Positions 58,901 to 64,000 of a stretch of DNA of 64,000 bases are shown here, in pieces. A model generated the notes under the pieces. That model was given only the letters and a program-made list of their open reading frames with translations. It had not been told where the DNA came from and made no database searches. Made by a program: the position numbers and the translations under genes. How positions within the stretch are numbered: the first letter of the stretch is position 1; the number at the start of each line of letters is the position of its first letter. Source of the stretch: Hormiphora californensis (Eukaryota; Animalia; Ctenophora); NCBI GenBank assembly GCA_020137815.1, contig CM035358.1:6262001-6326000 (forward strand), read 5' to 3'.

Positions 58901-60365
58901 TTGTTTTTCCTTATTGCATCTGGACTCTCAGCTTTGTTTATGTCTCTCTCCATCATGCCACTCTTGATGCTGCCTGGACCTGGTATTCCACTGGAAAAAT
59001 ATCATCTTATTATATACTCCGTCATCTATTGTTTTGTTAGTTAAAAAGAGCCCTATTCTCGCTACACGGAGGGTTGAAGCGTATCAACGATCTGCAGTAG
59101 CAGTCTTTCTCTATCTCTCTATCTATCTCTATTTCCCATTATTGTTACAAGATCAGTGTCTCTCACCTGCTGCTGTTTACGTAACCAAGATTAGTGATGG
59201 GCGACTCCAGTTGCCTAGGTGTCTCACTTTTATCTCCTGTCTGGATCTCACGAGACAGAGGCTTCTCATCCCTGATCCTCAATTCATCGTCCTCCACGGG
59301 CGACTGAAACAAAGTATTACTAGGACACACTGGTGACTGAAATTAGTAAATTAGTAGGACACACAACTGGTGACTGAATCAATCACACAATAAATGGATG
59401 ATAATGGAAATCAATCAGAATCAGCATCCTATTCTGGATTGTATCGTAACCATGGTTACCATGGTTACCTCTTCTTCCTCAGTGTTATCCTTGGCAGCCT
59501 TCCCACTCTGAGGTACGATCCTGCTTTTAGTTAGACCAAATTCCTCATTCTCCTCGGCTTGCTTCTGCTTAGAACCGGCCGTGTGGGGGGACCTTCTACT
59601 CTTCGTACTCGACCTACCAGAGCTGAGGAAGAGAGATAGATAATTAGAGAGATAAGTGGAGATAGGGAGCGAGATAGTGAGAGAGAGATAGAAAAATAAT
59701 AAAGAAGAAAGTAAGTGAGATAAAGATAGAGAACCCTACCCGGATTTAGCAGACTTCACAGGAGTACTCTCAACGTGGGCAATGGCTGAACCCAAAACCC
59801 GCAGGTGAGGAATGTAGTAGATATGATTCTTTGCCAGGTTCAGGTACTTTAACCTGTTGGGACATAGTACATAGTTGCTTCACGCCTTGCTCTTTTTGTG
59901 AACCAAGGGTGAGAACAATAACTCTATAGCTAGGCCATCATAGCAGTTGGTAAATATAAAACTTTTCTGCATTCTCCTGTTGAAACTTGAGTTACTATTA
60001 CTCATGTTCTCAACAACAGCTGGACCTACTTTCTGAGTGCACCGAGGGTTGCGAATGTTGACAAGTCACAAAGGTGATTGTTATCCAAATACAACTCTTC
60101 CAGGTTATTAAACCTCATGTGCACCTGCTGATCACCGTCAACTGAAATGGGTGATACAGAAACTGAAACACATGGGTGATTCTACTGATCTTTCAAAATA
60201 ATTGGAGGGTGTTCATATCAAGGATTTTCACCTGATTTTTAGGTGATATATCTTACCTACTGGATAAGCCATGTTAGAGGGAAGAGTTTTAATGTCATTC
60301 GCTGTAAGAACGAGAACCCTTAGTCGCTCGATCAGGCCAATATTCAGTATTGCACTGTGAGTCAC

Positions 60366-60429
<64 letters not shown>

Positions 60430-60462
60430 GAGAGAGCGAGCTAGATGATAGAGAGAGGAGAG

Positions 60463-60505
<43 letters not shown>

Positions 60506-61619
60506 TCGTGCTGTAAAGTATGTTCAATCCTGTTGCTACTAGTAACATGGTAACCATGGTAACATATTGGTGTAAGTTCAATCTCAGCAGGGGGGCAACT
60601 ACTACTCCAGTACCACATCTTGAAACTCTACTCTGGCTTACAGCAATTGCGCCGACAATATATTATGTGTTAACTAGAAATTAAGACCGTTCGGCAATCA
60701 TCGATTAGTTAATTAGTTAATCTCCATATATACCTGGTTATAAGATAGATCCAGGGTATCCAGATGCAGGAAATTGTAAGGTGTTAGTTTCACTTTGCTC
60801 AGACTGTTAAACTGAAACTGTATCTCGCGAACCATGGGGAAGGAAGAGAGACACTCCAATCTGAGATTGTTCTCGGCTGCGTTGATGTGGAATAAGTTGT
60901 TAAACAGCTCGAAATCATCCTCTTTTGCTGCATTCAACCCTGGCAGATAGATAAATGGTTAACAAGACCTGTACAGCTGACAAACAGACAATTAAATCAG
61001 TTAATCTGGTGAACTAATTAAGAAGTGTTTTGAGTTTTGGTAAGAAGAGAATGAAGTTGACGAGATAACCTTGGCGGGTTAGCAAGGAAGAAAAGGAATA
61101 AAAATAATGCCAACATCTCCGGATACCTTTGTTGGAAATATCGACACTGCAAATATCGTGAGGGTCGTCTAATTTAGCACAGTTCAGCAGGAAATATCCA
61201 TCCAATACCCGCTCATCCTTTAGTTCCTCCTCTTGCTACAACAGGTTGTGTCATAAAAGTGATTTGCCTAGCTAGCCCCCCCCCCCTTTCACGTGTGTGG
61301 GTTAGAACAAAACAACAAGTGATTATATCGTGCTCGATGTTCTGGTATGTCATCAAATTGAGGGGTGAGTGAGATGTGGGTGAGGTGTGGGTGAGGTGTG
61401 ACTGTGAGTGATGAGTGAGTGTGGGACGTGGGTGAGGTGTGACTGTGAGCCATGTGTGAGTGAGATGTGAGATGTGACTGATGTGTCAGATTCTGTACCT
61501 GCTGCCTCTGCTGGATGTACTCTTGGTCATAAAGCAGGAAGCTGTGAAACCGACGGTGTTGGGCCTCCTGGTGCTCAACCAACCATGCCCCACCTGAGGG
61601 AGAGAGAGAGAGAGAGAGG

Positions 61620-61684
<65 letters not shown>

Positions 61685-61906
61685 TGTGTGTGTGTGTGAG
61701 TGAGATGTGGGTGTTGGTGAGGGAGAGAGATGGATCAATAGCCCTATGCAGTAATCTGACAAACCTTCAACTACTCCAACTGTACAAATAAACGGTTGAA
61801 GAAAAGGTAGAAAGCTCATTATGTTACCATAGCAGATAAATGAATCGAGCAGCGTGTGCGAGCCTGACAACTAGATTTAAGTAGGATACTTGCAAGTAAG
61901 GATATA

Positions 61907-61985
<79 letters not shown>

Positions 61986-62329
61986 GAGGGGAGAGAGAGA
62001 GAGAGGGAGAGCGAGAGAGAGAGAGAGAGATAGAGAGAGCATGACAAAATGTTCCTAACGAAGCATGGGAAGTGTATTCAGTCATATACCGTGTTTAAAA
62101 TCCCATTGTTAGGTTCTCATTCAAAGCATGAGACAGAAGCCTTCGAGAACACGCCCAGCTTGCAATGTATCCCCTGCCAATTACCATACCTTGCCTTGCG
62201 CCGCGGTAACAGGGTTAGAACATACCTTCAGTAAGTACACGTTTCTTCCGTGTGAGAGAAGTGAGCGGGAAAAGCAGGGATGAGACCCTCAAATGCGGGG
62301 AGGAAGTCAGCCGTGTGTAGTTGTGTCAT
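55949..62329 (-). CDS. XRRA1: X-ray radiation resistance-associated protein 1-like (LRR, multi-exon)
   Basis: GGAWLV; LDGYFLL..KLDDPHDICSVDIS; AKEDDFELFNNLFHINAAENNLRLE..SSFP; LDTLDLSYN; LEELYLDNN; WPKLCQLVLHNNP; FLTQV; AVISLKKALQ. These match the XRRA1 architecture. The first-exon frame is ambiguous. Confidence 0.85.
56123..56203. mobile_element. 81-bp triple-hairpin mini-element (CTGTCAG...CTGACAG)
   Basis: 8-bp TSD ACTAAAGT. Two direct copies of GTCAGGCCAATGCTCTGAC. Related copies at ~15939-16003, 22408-22455, 26096-26171 (inverted) and 44174-44234. Confidence 0.85.
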
Positions 62330-62668
62330 CTTAATTAATTAATCAATTAATTACTGGTTGATTGTTTGTTGAAGTCACCATTTTATACTTTCTGTGGAGG
62401 TAATCAGTTAGGGGTAATTGTTCTGACCGGGATCAGGTAGGATAGGTTTGAGACAGGGATAAATATATAATGAGGGGTATAATTTGGGTAAGAATCGGGA
62501 ACTGGAAACAGACACAAAGATTGGGGAGGGGGTTAAAAAGATCAGAAAAAATTACACATATTTGCTGAATTAAATATCTTTCTCTCCGATATCTGACATC
62601 AACATACTCTTCTCGAGATCTACTAAAGCGATCTATTGTCTTCCAATTACACCCAGGCCAACCACCCG

Positions 62669-62867
<199 letters not shown>

Positions 62868-63051
62868 TCTCACTGGATCACCACATATCTTGCACGATGT
62901 TCCTGTCATTGTTGTTGTCCTCCCTGCTAGGTCAATGTAGCAGTCATATAGCAGAGTGTAGCAGTTTCGAATATCTCGCCTCGGGGAAAGAGGTGGTCAT
63001 TTCTAACACTCATACGGGGGAAACATACTCAGCCACAACCGCGACAAGTGA

Positions 63052-63232
63052 GTAACCATAGGAACAATTGAGTGTATGTAACCATAGCAGCAAGTGAGTG
63101 TATGTAACCATAGCGACAAGCGAGTGTATGTAACCATAGCAACAAGTGAGTGTATGTAACCATAGCGACAAGCGAGTGTTTCGCAGTAACAAGTTGGTGT
63201 CTCTTAGTAACTATATGATAGTCCGTAGCAAC
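63052..63232. promoter_or_regulatory. 26-bp tandem array of X-box-like motifs upstream of XRRA1
   Basis: GTAACCATAG(G/C)(A/G)(A/G)C at 63052, 63078, 63104, 63130 and 63156, plus GTCTCTTAGTAAC and GTCCGTAGCAAC nearby. Confidence 0.5.
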
Positions 63233-63515
63233 AAATTGGGGGTGTAATTAGGGGCGACATCTCTCAAATCTCACGGGATGCTGTAACACACACGCAACAA
63301 CTAAAAATGCATCTATACGTCTTCTCTGCATCACTGCTCAATAGCAAGAGAAAATTTATTTTAAAATCTCGACACAAGCATCACTGTCCTTTTTATCACT
63401 TGACGGAGCGGCATTCCTTTTTACACTCATTCTCTTTTCCACACTCATCTCTCTCATCAGAGCTCATCTGAACTGTTTCTGAATGTATCTCTCCACCACA
63501 ATTCACACACATCCT

Positions 63516-64000
63516 TTAAATCCAACGTCCTTTGAAGTTATAGATGAAGGAGTGCTTATCGGAGACTTTTGGTTTATACGCGGCGGGTCCTGGTGACACC
63601 TGCTTATACGGTTCCAGAGCAGTACCGCGGGGTAGACTTGACACGAAATTAGCACTGCTAGCATTCGTCTTGTCTGGCCCCTCATAATTCACAATGTTGT
63701 AGTGGCCCGGTCCAGGATTTGGTTTCGGTTTGGGTAATGGCATGGCAGGGGCAGATATAGCAAGGTAATGGAGTCGATAGAATGGTGTTCCCTCCGCATC
63801 TTGGCCTTCATAGGGGTCATAAGCACCCGGTCCCGGTACCTTAGATTCACTATCCAACACGGCGCTTCTCCTTACTTTAGATTTGAACACGCTCGACATC
63901 GGGTTGATGGTCTTCTTAATCACGGAGTCATCGATCTCATAACTACCCGGTGCGGGGAAATCTGATCCTTTCAAGGGTGGGAGACCGTCCCTCCGTGAGC
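63516..64000 (-). CDS. STPG1: STPG1/MAPO2-like sperm-tail PG-rich repeat protein, 3' part
   Basis: Frame open to the window edge. Repeats PAPGSY, PGPGAY, PGPGHY, PGPAAY; HYLAISAPAMPLP; C-terminus SFIYNFKGRWI*. Confidence 0.82.
   Translation of the reverse strand, partial: SRRDGLPPLKGSDFPAPGSYEIDDSVIKKTINPMSSVFKSKVRRSAVLDSESKVPGPGAYDPYEGQDAEGTPFYRLHYLAISAPAMPLPKPKPNPGPGHYNIVNYEGPDKTNASSANFVSSLPRGTALEPYKQVSPGPAAYKPKVSDKHSFIYNFKGRWI

Noticed and set aside
62931-63047. Plus-strand exon-like segment (GQCSSHIAECSS...)
   Set aside because: Plausible splice sites, but no partner exons or homology recognised; not called as a gene.

Overview
Intron-rich, repeat-dense animal genomic DNA. It is probably a ctenophore of the Pleurobrachia type; this rests on my recollection of the 109-bp CAGGAACCGACC... 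repeat and needs checking. Genes that can be read: the 3' part of a CEP350-like gene (+, 819-15695), an SLC5A7-like choline transporter missing its first exons (-, 17341-20914), an intronless secreted SRCR protein (+, 32315-33580), a LINE ORF1 in an ORF2-less element (-, 40321-41289), GPCPD1 (-, 43621-53184), XRRA1 (-, 55949-~62329) and the 3' part of STPG1 (-, 63516-64000). Introns and intergenic DNA are packed with short non-autonomous DNA transposons. Highlights: (1) a 3.4-kb foldback whose core is a ~40-bp hairpin satellite; (2) a 109-bp MITE whose TSD duplicated a splice donor and which is stop-free and in frame; (3) tandem copies of exon-intron junctions in several introns; (4) a three-level nested insertion with its empty site in the window; (5) TSD-less multi-hairpin elements with GNA/GNRA loops; (6) RFX X-boxes carried by repeats near ciliary genes. 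Several stretches look like low-accuracy consensus, so single-base disablements should be treated cautiously. All coordinates and alignments were done by eye.
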